Position numbers and translations under genes: made by a program. From Blasia pusilla (Eukaryota), in NCBI GenBank assembly GCA_050084515.1, contig CM114271.1, forward strand, positions 9,176,001 through 9,240,000: 64,000 nucleotides of DNA. The letters are read 5' to 3'. A model generated the notes under the pieces. The model made no database searches. It was not told where the DNA came from and saw nothing but the letters and a program-made list of their open reading frames with translations. How positions within the stretch are numbered: the stretch's first letter is position 1; every line of letters begins with the position of its first letter. This document shows, piece after piece, positions 50,426 through 63,330 of this stretch.

Positions 50426-53198
50426 TGTGATACCCACAATTTTGTACTTTGGAAGAAATGTATCTTTTTATTGAACAAAGACTCTTGTACATTATGGTTT
50501 GGATTATTATATGCAATTATGGAGAAGAACGAATAAGATTCAAGTGAATCACGAAGCTCCTAAGACAAGGCAGAGAGATGGAAGATCAAGGATTTGCCTT
50601 AGAGGAGAATCAAAAGCCGTAACGAAGTATAAAGGATCAACGCGAAGCTTAACGAAGCTTAACGAAGCTCTGTATACGAAGTACTTCGCTCTTAACCGAA
50701 GCACGAAGAGCGAAGCAAGAAGAGAATGAAGAATGAAGAACTTCGTCCTCCGGAAATTTAGCAATAAGTGGCTTCAAAGATGATTGTGATTCGAACCGGC
50801 ACATAGTTAAAACAATTAGACTAGGAAGGGGAGCGACCCTTTGTATCAAATTGGTAGTTAGAACAGTTTTGTACCACGGATTCACAGGGATCATAGGAAA
50901 AGGAACGCACACCATAGATCTAGGTAGTTACAGATATTGAAGAGACACCAACTTCATCAAGAACGATTCGGATCATAGAAACGCTCCTACTCTCGAGAAT
51001 ATTTAAGAAACAGGACAGAAGCTATCATTATCATTCGCTCATGAAGTCCTTTTGTCAGAGGAATGGTCCGAGCAAGAGAGTTGTACCCTCTCGAGCTTGT
51101 ATATACTTTGAAGTCTTCCAATTCTTGATGGAGTAGTAAAGCACTCATTCATTCATTCTGATGTGCGATGCTTATGTCTGAATATTCTTTTTGGGTCTGC
51201 TGAGTTAAGACGAATGAATCAGGCAAACCTTTCTCATCAATGGAATAATCAACATAGAGTTGTATGAAATCTTTTTGATAGAGAGTAACCTGCCCAGACG
51301 GATTAAGTTCCGAAAGTAGGAGAAGCCAACTTTATTCTTGAGGTCTCTGTGAGGTTTCGAGATGTCGAGAGAACAAATTTCCTGAGCGTACTTTAAATTC
51401 CACTCGAGAGAATTGAAGAAGAAAACATAGGTACTAAAAAGGATTGGAAGATGTTACTGGAATACTACATTTGAATTACATAATCAACCACACTACTTTT
51501 ACAACATAATAATCACTTTATACTCTCTTTTCATCCAACAATGATCCTCTTGGGGATCGAACTCTACAATTGTCTGTAAATAAGAAACACTTAGACATTA
51601 CATATAGTCGAAGACTTTTTTTTTGCCGCTGGGGATCATATCCTTGGCTGAGAAGGGAGAGAAAGACCCATGGGGAAGCCGGGAGCGGAGAAAGAAGCTT
51701 CGCCCCTAGACGACCCCACAATCTAGTTCTTACTAAAGACCATCGGCTAGCTCTAGCGACCCCCGTAAGACAATGTATGCTTGAAGATAACAATATATTT
51801 GCTGCATTGGTGCTAGAGAAGATAGACCAACTAATTAGAATGGTCAAAGAACCAGTCGCCGAACGGTGCTTCGCCCATGGACGATACTTGTACTTGGTGA
51901 AAACTCGGTACTTCTGTTTATGGGAGGAAAACCTGGCAGGAAGCATAGGAGCACCAAGCACCCTCCTGTAGATGTAAAAAGAATCAGTAGTTAACCTCCC
52001 TCCATGGACCCTTACCCTATCGCCACCGTGGGGGTGAACGCAAGTTGCCAAATCCCACAAGAGACTTATGGAAGGCTCTCGGCCCTCTTCGCAGGAGCAG
52101 CGAGCCGATCGGCGCAGTAAGCAAGAGGAACAGCAACCGGCTTGGAGACCGCCTGGTTCGTCTCCAAGTCTTCGTCCTCGTCCGAAGGCGAAGAGCAAGA
52201 AGAAAGAAAGGGACAAATTCTCCACTACGTCCCCTGCCAGTTCGCAATCGGACGAAGAGTCGTCCTGGGACCCCTTTGGGGAGTCAGGGAGCGAGGAGCC
52301 GATCAGAGCACCTCGGGCGGCACCTTTACCTCCTCCCTCTCGAGCATCAAGCCCGAGAGCCAGCAAAGAGTAGTTCCCATGGCCAACACTAGAAAAACTC
52401 TGCTAAGGTACCCCACCTTTGCTGGGGGATGACGAGACGATGTGGATAACTTTGTTCTTGAATTCACCCATGTCGCAAAAGCCAACGGGGAAGGGGCAGA
52501 GGAGGATTTGTTACGAGTCTTTTCAGGCCTGCTCAAGAAGCGAGCAAGCCAGTGGTACAAAGGTCTCGGAGCAGAAGTCACGGAAACCTGGAAAAGGGTC
52601 TTGGAATCCTTCCTACATGAGTTCCTCGACTTGGAGTTCGAGGACAGGCTTCTTACAAAGCTTCGCGACTTGAAGCGAAGAAAGAAGGAGACCCTCCGGG
52701 AATATACCCAAAGGTTTCGGAGCCTTGTGAATAAGCTGGAGCACACGACTACCTCCCAATTGGTAGATTGGTTCGTGTCCGGCTTGTCCAAAGAAATGGA
52801 TTGGTATTGCCGGAGAGGCCAACGGGATTCCCTGGAGGCGGTCATAGCCTCCGCTGAGGCGTACGAAGCCTCAGAAAAGTCCCGCCAAACACGAACACGG
52901 CGTCACCAATGGAGAGGGGCGTCGCAGACTAGTGCTTCGTCTGAAGACAAAGCGTCCTCCACAGACACGGAATCCTCTAGGGAGGATTCGTCTAAGTCCT
53001 CGGACTCGGAGCAGGAGGTAAAAGCTAAAAGGAAAGGGAAGAGCAGGCATCATCGCTCCCCCAAGCACTAGAACAAAACCCGACCAAGCACTAAGCGTCG
53101 TCCTCAGCGGTCGAAAAGTCCAGTGAGAGGGACGGCAAGGAAGGCCGGCAAGTCGGCCATGAAGGAACTCAGTAAACAAATGGCTGAGTTGAAGGTAC
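50426..53198 (+). mobile_element. gag: Gypsy family 1, 5' half (probable LTR from TGTGATACC, leader, gag from ~52068), inserted at a cargo-gene intron donor
   Basis: MULE homology stops abruptly at 50425. Gag ORF 52442-53071 is homologous to 2428-2978. The LTR 3' end (~51.5-51.6 kb) and PBS are not resolved. Confidence 0.8.
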
Positions 53199-53712
53199 TG
53201 TCACGTCTTTTAGGATAGATCGGTGGGATCTAATAGAGCGCCTTCATGAGTAGTGGAGGACACGCCCAGTAGGTCGAGGGTGACCTGCTGAGGCCCTTGG
53301 AAACCTGTGATAGCAGGTTTCCCCTTCGTTTCGGCTCATTTGGAGCCATATTGAGGAACTTACTATTTTAGGTAAGTACCATTTTGAGTATATGATCGAC
53401 TTACTATTTTTGGTAAGTGGCCCTTGACCTCCTACATCAGGTCAAGAGCCAAGGAGGTGACTTGGGAGAATAGGTTACCATGGAGAGAGCTTGGGAGAGG
53501 AGAGGGGTATACCTCAAGGAGAGAGAGCTTGAGAGTTCATTCTCTTTTTGTTGAACCTCTTGGCATGAGGCGGCGGAGCTATGGTACCTTGCCTTGTGAG
53601 TGTAACCCAAGCCTCTCATTAGGAGAGTGGGTTTGGTTTGACATGAGAGAGAGTGCACACCTTTGAGAGCTATGGTGTGAGATGGTGGAGAGAGAGATTA
53701 GATCTTACTTTA
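53199..53712 (+). repeat. Terminal repeat A1 (514 bp) of the PHD-Gypsy element
   Basis: Starts TGTCACG after GTAC. Near-identical reverse complement at 61083-61596. Confidence 0.9.
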
Positions 53713-55414
53713 CAATGAGAGAGTGAGAGAGCTTCATGGGGGAGCTCGCTGGTCACTCGCTGTTTTTGCAGGTTGGCGACCGTGTTCCCCGTTCAGCGGC
53801 TCATGGGAGTGCTCACCGGAGCAAGGGCTGCTTTCATTACTCTTTGCATTTGCCGATTTTTCGTGTGGAAGAGTGGCGCGCGGAAGCGCTGCCCAATTTC
53901 TGATAGGGATTGAGTATAGGGGCGGGTTGCCCCATGCTGGTGCTCTCGGGAGCACCATGTAGCTTGCTGATATGTACTTTTACAGATGTTACATTTTCGT
54001 TGGGAGAAATCAGCGCGGGAGCGCTGGCAAATTTTGTGTAGGAGAAAGAGACATTGGGCTTTACGACAGTCCCCGTCAGTTTTTACTAAAATGTTCGATT
54101 CTAAATATTTTTTGATGGTAGCGTAGATCGTGAAGCTGTGCACGCTGTGCAACAAATAGTGCACAATTTGGAGTTGCGAGCAAAAAGTTATGGGCAATCT
54201 TGTAAAGCTGCCATTGCTAGGCAATTTTTAGGGTTAAATCGTGCAAACCCTAAATCAACCGCCACACCGGCGGCGGCCGTCGCCATCATAGTCACCGTCA
54301 ACGGTCGATGGTCAACCGTCACCATCATCGGTCGGCCGTCACCATCAGCGGTCAACCGTCACTGTCAAGGGTCCACCGTCCATTGTCCACCCTGTGGGTG
54401 CTATTGCCGCCATTACGGAGTGGAGGGTCTTCCATGACGTTCGTTGATTCCTTGACTTGCGTCGCCACCACGTACTTTGTTTTGGCTGCCACCGTCATTG
54501 CTGTTTCTTCATCAACCAGTGAAGGTAGATGACCTCCGGTTATGGTGTTTGAGTTTTGATTTCATGCTGCTATGTTGTGATTGGTAGCCGCTCGACGACG
54601 ATCGAGTATCGTGCCGTGACGCCCGTAGCCGCAACTCGCCGCCGATTGCCGCGCCGTGCCGCTCATGGCCGCACCGCACCATCTCGATCACGGAGATGCA
54701 CCGTCATTGTGGAGCAGAGTGTGGGATTATTATTGATTGAGGAGGGTATGCCGCTGAGTGCCGCATCCCACCATCGAGGGCCGTGCCGTTCGTAGCCGTT
54801 CCGTGCCGCCTGCAACGCCGCACCGTTCCGCTGGGACCGCACTGTCTATCGAGGAGTTTTGAGCAGCATCAGTATGGGAGGAGTATGACTTGCTGATTGG
54901 AGGAGTTGTCTCCACGATCGAGTTGGGGTCGAGATTTGCAGTTGCTGAGGAGCGACATCGACATGTGTTCAGGTTACCCATTCTGGTCCTTTACCCTGCA
55001 CGTGTGAGGGATTCTGGGATTTATTTGGGGATATTGGGTGTGTGGATGCTGAGAGCATCATTTATGTATGTGGTTTAGGGGACATAGACCTGTGTGGGAT
55101 GTCCGGAGTTGAGGGTAGGTTGTCGATGAGATGATAGCCTCGTCGATTTGCCGCACCACGCCACGTGTTGCCGCACGTTACACGTCTCGGGGAGAGAGAG
55201 TGTAGATCGAGTGCCGCATGTTTGGGATGAGTGATTGAGGGATTCCTCACGAGGTTCAGAGTGATCGGGTGAGAGGGGCACGAGGGTCATCACGGAGTCT
55301 GTTCGGGACTTTGAGAGGCGAGGTGGTGAACCCGAGAGTAGCTCTAGAGGTTTTACGCGGAGTGGCGCGAGGTTTCGAGGGTCTCCACGTGAGGGACCAC
55401 CTCGACCTCCTTCT

Positions 55415-56990
55415 GTGTCATCGTCAGACGAGGGGGAGGGTGTAGAGGAGTTTGTGAGCACATCGCCACACATTGTGAGTGGTCCTACCAGTTGGGCGTA
55501 CGAGATGGACGACCGGGGTAGAGGACCGCGTAGGTTTTCAGGTGCAGTAGGCACGATTGAGTTGCACGATTTTATAGCAGAGTTTAGGAGTTGGTGCGAC
55601 TCCCAGCGGGCCAGGAACTCTAGAGAGTTCAACCCGTTTACAGCATGGAACGGTATGTTCCAGCATTTAGAGGGGGCGCCCATGGACGATTACCATGAGT
55701 TCTCTCAGAGATATGCATGTGAGATCGAGGCGTGGAGGCTCTACTATGACCCACATTATGTGTCATGGACGGAGCCGTTCCCAGATGAGGAGGAGGAGTC
55801 GAGAGAGGCTCGCCTCTTCCACTAGTGACGTTTTAGGAGGGGTCACTCGCACGGGAGCAGTTGCACCGTCTAGTCGGGTTCGTCCCAGGTTCAACCTTGT
55901 GGTTGAGTTCTTTGCTGAGTTGAGGGCGAGCTACCAAGGGGTACGGACGGAGAAGTTGCGGAGCATCCACAACTTCCAGAGGCGCTCGGGTGAGAGTTTG
56001 CGTGAGGCTTACACTCGCTTGCGCCGGTTGATCAACGTCACTCAGGGGGTGACAGAGGCTCAGGCTATCCAGTCATGGTATGCGATGCTGGACCGGACCC
56101 TGCGGATACGGGTGCGGGAGGGGGTGCTTCTTATGAACACCTCCCCTATGTTGAGAGATGTTTTTAGGACCGTCGAGAACATTGAGCGCAACATGGCGGA
56201 GGAGAGCGTAGCCACCATGGGTTCTGGCGAGATCGATCCACGATTGTCCGCACCACCTGCGGCAAAGAACGTGACTCGAGATAGGTTGACTGTGGCACCA
56301 CGAGCTCAGGGAGGATACCGAGAGGCCGTGCCACAGAGACTTGCGCCTTCATATGCGGCTCAGCAGCAGCCGCCTACTATTACTTGTTGGTCATGTGGTG
56401 GAGCCCATCATCAGCGCGATTGCACTCGTCGGGACATGGACGTGTGCCTCAGCATGGAGGAGGAGATGGTGTTGCACCAAGAGGTTATCAATGTGACTAT
56501 TGTCAGAGGTATGGTCATACACGCGCCAGGTGTTTTAGTTTACATCATGAGTTACGTCTGGACCGAGGGCCAGAGAGGGCACCAGAGCGAGTAGCCGGTC
56601 CGGGTGGGCCTAGAGATCGTGCTCCAGGTGGTCCCGTTGGGGGACGAGGAGCTGGAGTTGCCCGACACGGTGGTGGAGCTGCCCGTGGAGGAGGTAGAGT
56701 ACCACCACCTAGACGCGCCGAGGGAGATGCCGGACGTGAGGCTGGGATGGCTACTCAGATACAACAGCTACAGGAGCAGATTGCCGCTATGGCATTGAGG
56801 TTACCCGATGCCGGATCCGTGGCATCGACATCATATGGAGGAGCCAGAGATCTGGAGGATCCTGGATGGATGTGCGGGGTTGCCCAGATGGAGGACGCCG
56901 CAGTTGTGACGTGTGGAGCAGCCGCAGAGTTGGATCCACAGCGAGGGGAAGCCAGTAGACAGACTAGGCTTCCTCAATCTTTCACGTTGT
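55415..56990 (+). pseudogene. gag: gag of the PHD-Gypsy element (frameshifted)
   Basis: PRRFSG; FQRRSGESLREAYTRL (gag QxxxES motif); knuckles CWSCGGAHHQRDC and CDYCQRYGHTRARC. Confidence 0.8.
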
Positions 56991-56991
56991 C

Positions 56992-57114
56992 CGAAGCGGT
57001 AGCCACGCAGAAAGATGACAGTGAAGCAGTGGCTAAGTTTTTATATGAGATGATTATCACGCGTATGGCTGTCCGTTGGAACTAGTAAGTGACCGGGGTA
57101 CGCACTTCCTGAAC
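56992..57114 (+). pseudogene. Locally flipped integrase-core fragment of Gypsy family 1
   Basis: EAVATQKDDSEAVAKFLYEMIITR-(frameshift)-GCPLELVSDRGTHFLN continues the minus-strand ...ATDYCTKMVE that ends at ~57138. Confidence 0.75.
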
Positions 57115-57137
57115 CTAAACGCACTTCCCGAATCTGA

Positions 57138-60100
57138 CTTCGACCATCTTAGTACAATAGTCAGTGGCGATAAGAATATACTTCCACCGGGTTTGGCGAG
57201 TGGCCGGGGAGATAGGGCCCACGAAGTCAATGCCCCATTTTTCAAAAGGAGCTAGGGGCATGATGGGGACCAAAGGCCACCGCGTAGTCGCCGTGGGTCG
57301 ACCTGCCCTTTGACAGGCATCACAACTCCGAATAAAATTACCTACGTCTTTGTACATAGTCGGCCATCAATAACGTGCGGCCAAAATTTTCTTAACGGTA
57401 TTTTTTACCGCATAGTGTCCACCGGAATCAGCCATATGCAGGGCTCTGATGACCTGGGGAACCTCTTCAACTTCCAAGCATCTTTGATGCTCTTCATCAG
57501 CACCTAATTTGAATAAGACCCCTTGACAGATGTCATATGGGCCTATCCGATGTAAAAAAACTGCGCGTTTTTCCGCTGTCATCGGGGCAGGAAGTCGCAA
57601 AGTCATTAGAAACCGCAGAATATCCTCATAAAAAGACTGGCTCAACCGTTCTTCTGTTATCTGGAACAGATCTTCATTGGGAAAGGTATCATCGACAGAT
57701 TGGGTGAGGTCCGCACTTGTCATCCTCAACCGGGAAAGAAAATCGGCATTGGTATGCACCTTGCCGGCACGGGTCACAACATCAAATGTGAATTCTTGTA
57801 GCAACAAGATCCACCGTGCAATGCGTCCTGACAGGTCGGCTTTCACCATTAAGGGTCTGAGTGCAAAATGATCCACATGAAAGACAAATTCGTACCCTAA
57901 TAAATAGTGTCGGAACTTTTTACACGAGAAGACCATGCCTAACGCCTCTCATTCGGTAGTTGTATATTTCTGCTCTGCCGCCGATAGTTGTCGGCCGGCG
58001 TAGTAAATCAGAAAATCATGTTTGTGCTCATCCAATTGGCTGAGCACTACTCCAATGGCAAATGAGGATGTGTCCACATATACGTGGAAGGGTTTGGTCC
58101 AATCGGGGGACCGAAGTACAGGAGCTTTTTGCAATGCGTCTTTTAAGGTGTCGAATGCCACTTGGCACGCTGGTGTCCACTCCCATTCAGTGGTCTTCTT
58201 AAGTAATGCAGTAAGAGCGCTCGCTTTTACCGCGTAATCTTTAATAAACCGTCGATAGTACCCGACATGTCCCAAGAATCCTCTCAATTCCCGGAGATTA
58301 GTAGGTGGTTCCAATGCGACGATAATATCCACCTTGGCCTTGTCGACCTCAATTCCTTGCGCCGACACTCGGTGTCCCAGCAGAATTCCTTGTTTCATAG
58401 CGATATACGATTTGTCCGGATGAAGGGACAAATGCACTTCGCAACAGCGTGCGAGTGTTAACTCTAACTTTTCCAGATGTTCGGCCTCTGTGTTGAAGAT
58501 ACAAAAATCGTCCAAAAAGATTTCCACTAACTTCCGCAGATACTCCTGGAAGATGGAGATCATCATCCGTTGGAAAGTAGCTGGGGCATTGCACAACCCA
58601 AAAGGCATTACGCGATATGAGAAAGTTCCCCAATCCGTAGTGAATGTTGTGAAGGGACGATCCTTTTCTCGTATGGATACCTGGTTGTACCCCGAATATC
58701 CGTCCAAGAAAGTATAACGCTTGTGCCCGGCCACTTTATCCAAAATACTGTCAGTGAAAGGTAGAGGATGGTGGTCTTTTAAGGTGGCAGCATTTAATTT
58801 CCGATAGTCCTGGCACACTCGGATTTTGCCCGTTTGTTTTTTAGGTCCAATTACGATGGGCGACACCCACTCGCTGCTTAACACCGGATAGATTATTCCT
58901 GCCTCGAGACGCTGATCGATCTCGTCCTTGACTAACAATGAGTACTTTGGATTCAGTCGATATTGTCGCATTCGCACCGGGACCGCCCCTTCTTTAAGAT
59001 CAATTCGGTGTTCACCATATTGTGCGGGAATGCCTGTCATTACATCCATGGAGTATGCAAAGACATCCAACTACTCAAACAGTAGTCTTTTATACTTTAT
59101 AAGTGTGGTGGGAGACAAATCCGCCCGACAGCAAAGAGAGACTTTGATCTGCAATAACGACACGGGCGTAGTCCCGCTCCCGAACCATGTTCTTCAGAAC
59201 TGGAAGTCGCTATGACCTAGCTTCTCTTCCTCTCGAGTCAACCTTGGCTTGGAGGGTACCGACTCCTCGTCTATTTCATAACATTCTAAATAATACACCT
59301 GGGACGAGGACTCCGTAGCCGTGGTGTTGTCTTGATCTGACGTATAGCCGTCGTCAGTCGGTGGCGTCCCTCCTTGGGGTGGTCGAGATTTCCACGACAG
59401 CTTGATGAGCCGCTTCGAGACCTGATTCGGCGCCTAGAATGTGAAACGTCGCCTTTTCCTATCTGTAGTCACCCTCGCGCCATATAGCCAGGGTCTTCCG
59501 ATGAGCAAAGGATAGCCCGTCGCAGTCAGGGGCTGCAAGACTAAGTAGTCCAACAGAAACAACACCCCCCGAGCATGGTCGGAATTTGCGTGAGCTGTCC
59601 GAGGGGTCTCTTCCGGGATTGATCCGCAAACCGCAAATACTTGTCTGTGGGCTCGTACACCGTGTACCCTAGGGCCCGAGCTGTTTGCTCCGTCATAATA
59701 TTGATTCCGTTTCCGGAATCAATGGGGACCTTCTTAATAGTATGGCCCTCAATTTCCACCTCCATTTCTGGGGCTCCCAAGTCTTCTACTTCGATACGGA
59801 ACAAATCCACCATTGGCAGATGCTTCGCCGACTTCCTAGGTCTTTTGCGGCTGATTTTCCACTACTGCAAGATTTTTCCGTATACTGGGTTATCCATTAG
59901 CAACTGTAGCAGGGTTATGTTGGCCGGGGTTGACGCCAAGTCCCTCAGTAAATCGTAAGCTTCTAGGACCAGCGGTGATGTCGCCATGGCTTGGACTGTC
60001 GTACTTGGTTTGGCCTTTGTCTTCTCTGGGGTCTGTTTCCCCTCTGGTTCCTGGTCCTCACGAACTTGACCACGAACCTGGTCCTCTACATCCTGATGGA

Positions 60101-60937
60101 AGTATTTTGGATGACTTCGGTCAAAGGCCGGGTCCACATCGCCTTTGAGGATGGCCTTCCCGGCACGTAAGGTGTTCACAGCTTTGTTCTTGGGCTCCCT
60201 AGCTTCGCGCGAAGACGAAGCACCCTTCTTTACCTTTGGGATCCCCGCGGTCTGGCTCTTCGACCTCGTGGTGACCGCCAACACAGTTTCTTGGAACTCT
60301 TTGGGCCAGTCCGATGATTCCTCGTTGGCCCCTTCGGTCGAGTCTTCCTCGATGGTGACTCGCTTTGGTCTCGGGGACACTACTTCTTCCACCCAGACCA
60401 GTTGTACATTTACATCGTTTTTGGGCTCTGGTTGAGCCGCTGGAGTGTTTACATATCTGACCAACAAATGCGGGACCTTGGGCTCCGGGCATTCCACGGC
60501 AGTGTGCCCGCCCTTCTTGCAGTTCCCGCATAAGGGATTGAGTCCCACTGGTCGCTTTGGGTTTGGGCAATTATTGGCCCAAAGGTCTGCTGCGCCGCAG
60601 TTATAACAACAATTTTGTTTGATGGGTGGCGTGAAGGCCGCCACACCCATAATCTGTCTCAGGGGTCTCTGTTCTCCGTATTCCGGAGGTACATACCGCG
60701 TGATCCAGCTTCTCCCCGGGTTTGGGGGGGCACCGCTTGGACGGCATAGCACCCTTCCCACTGTTCCGGTTCATACCATCCTTCTTCAGTAGGGGCCTCT
60801 TCATGGATCCACCGTAGATCCCTATGAGTAGGGCATTCTTGTACAGTATGCCCCTGGGTTCCACAACTACAACACCAAATGTTGGGCCTCATCAGCCCGG
60901 GTCGTCTTCTGGGGTCCTTCTGGGCCGCCAGATGTAC
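57138..60937 (-). mobile_element. pol: Gypsy family 1, 3' half (gag knuckles-PR-RT-RH-INT N-terminus), inverted
   Basis: ORF 57949-59070 with FLDGYSGYNQ, MPFGLCNAPATFQR, IFLDDFCI and YVDTS; RNase H FHVDHFAL; integrase GGHY...CDACQR, WGIDFVGP. Confidence 0.93.
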
Positions 60938-61733
60938 TGTCGTGCGCATACACATCGTTACACAACATACATCGCTGTCACCGAACACACACACAAACAC
61001 GCATGATCCCATGCTAACTCATGGCATCCAAACAAAGAGACAAGAAGAACCAAAATATCTCCAATCGCCCCCATCGTAACCCTAAAGTAAGATCTAATCT
61101 CTCTCTCCACCATCTCACACCATAGCTCTCAAAAGTGTGCACTCTCTCTCATGTCAAACCAAACCCACTCTCCTAATGAGAGGCTTGGGTTACACTCACA
61201 AGGCAAGGTACCATAGCTCCGCCGCCTCATGCCAAGAGGTTCAACAAAAAGAGAATGAACTCTCAAGCTCTCTCTCCTTGAGGTATACCCCTCTCCTCTC
61301 CCAAGCTCTCTCCATGGTAACCTATTCTCCCAAGTCACCTCCTTGGCTCTTGACCTGATGTAGGAGGTCAAGGGCCACTTACCAAAAATAGTAAGTCGAT
61401 CGTATACTCAAAATGGTACTTACCTAAAATAGTAAGTTCCTCAATATGGCTCCAAATGAGCCGAAACGAAGGGAAAACCTGCTATCTCAGGTTTCCAAGG
61501 GCCTCAGCAGGTCACCCTCGACCTACTAGGCGTTTCCTCCACTACTCATGAAGGCGCTCTATTAGATCCCACCGATCTATCCTAAAAGACGTGACAGTTG
61601 TCGTGCGCATACACATCGCTACACAACATACATCGTTGTCACCGAACACACACACAAACACGCATGATCCCATGCTAACTCATGGCATCCAAAAAATGAG
61701 ACAAGAAGAACCAAAATATCTCCAATCGCCCCC
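60938..61733 (-). repeat. 3' terminal repeats of the PHD-Gypsy element: B1 (61599-61733), A2 (61083-61596), B2 (60938-61072)
   Basis: The 135-bp B occurs twice around A2. On the minus strand the junction reads GCACGACA-AC-TGTCACG, and B2 ends GCACGACA followed by GTAC. Confidence 0.88.
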
Positions 61734-61906
61734 CTAGCTGGTGGTTAGGTCCCTCTAACTCCAGATAGCCATCTATCCCTACCTACCATGACATACATCT
61801 CTCGGACGCTAAGAGCAAGAAGGCCGGGTGCTCATGTGGCCCCATCGTTAGTCGCCTCCTTGTCATCCATGTCATAGACACAAGTCGGAATGTAGAGCTA
61901 CCTTCT

Positions 61907-63330
61907 CTATGTACATCTGGGACACATCCATCGTCCCTGAGGAACCCTAGTGAGAGATGGCGTCAAACATGCCATATGCCATCCTCTCGAACACCCATCA
62001 CAGACTAGCATCGTGGCCGCACCACGGGCAGAACCACACAACATACAACGCAAACCTGCATGAACTACTACTAAGCTCGGATCTACTGTACCATCAATGT
62101 TAGGAAGGTGACATGGCGCACAATTACGCACATGGTCCTTCCATACCATACCATCGCGTCCCTCCAGCAAGAGAACACCCGATGGAAAAATGTCACGTAC
62201 TCTCAGGATAGTGCGCCCTGCAGTCACATCCAACATCGTCGGTGCCGTCTGCTGCAAATAGACATAATCTCCCTGATGAAACCTCTGGATAGTTGGTCGA
62301 TAACCACCACCTCGAATAGTCGCATACCTCAACGTATCCCGATGCTGTGCAATCGCCAAGTTTTCGAACGCCATGGGCATCACTCTCAGAAATAACTCAG
62401 CCCTCAGAATATATCTTCGCAATCGAACTGAATCCCTTGACGTATCGCCGATAGAAGTTCGCCAATCCCATGAATGCGCAAACACGGCTCACATCTGTAG
62501 GGCGTGGAATGCGTGAGATAGCCTCTACCTTCGTCTGCTGAACACCAAGGCCCCCTGGGTATATCGTATGACCCAAGTACTCAATCTGGTCGTAGAAGAA
62601 CTTGCACTTGCCTGGATGTAGCTTCAACCCATGTAATTGCAATCGTCGAAACACCTCCTCTAGATGTTGCTCATGCTCCTCAACCGTGGCGCTAAAGACT
62701 ACGATGTCATCAATATAACACCTAGCAAAATCCAGACCAGCCAAGATCCTATCCATGACCCCTCGAAACTCAGACGGGCGTTCTTTAACCCAAATGGTAA
62801 GAACCGCCACTTTGGTACAAACAATCCTTCCGTGAGGATCGATGCCCCAAAATGCCGTCTTTCGCCTTTTGTCTTCCAATCGATAGGCAGGCGGTTGATG
62901 GTATCCTCGCAAATCAATGAATTGAAGACCTTTGCATGACCAATCGCATCAAAGATCTCCTCAGGGGTGGGCATGGCATACCTATCGGACTTCGTGCGCG
63001 ATTGATAGGTCGGTAATCCCCACACATCCGCCTATCCGTCCAGTTGCCATGCACATCCTTCTTGGCGGGCATGACAGTGGCAGATGCATACTCCCCATGC
63101 GACATCTCTACTAGTCCTGCTCCGACCAAGTCTTGGCTCCTACTCTGAATCAAAGCCCTCTCCATATCACTGTACCTGTAGGGTCGTCGGAAGATCGGCA
63201 TATCACTCGACAACTCAATGCGGATCCCCGGTCCCTTCAGCGTACCCAAATCCTCCATGCTAAACGCGCAGCGGCTCCTATAACTCGAGGAATCGATGTA
63301 TTCGGCGCCGCTCTCCTCCTGTCAACTTAG
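61907..63330 (-). pseudogene. pol: pol of the PHD-Gypsy element: RT joined by deletion to the integrase C-terminus and a PHD finger
   Basis: RMCGDYRPIN, LPFGLKNA, CYIDDIVVFS; jump near 62415 removes RNase H and the integrase core; RFHQGDYVYL; CMLC...LVCDGCSRGWHMACL...WMCPRC (C4HC3). Confidence 0.88.

Noticed and set aside
51500-51645. Exact LTR end and PBS of the Gypsy element starting at 50426
   Set aside because: There is no second LTR in the window and no convincing tRNA-complementary site.
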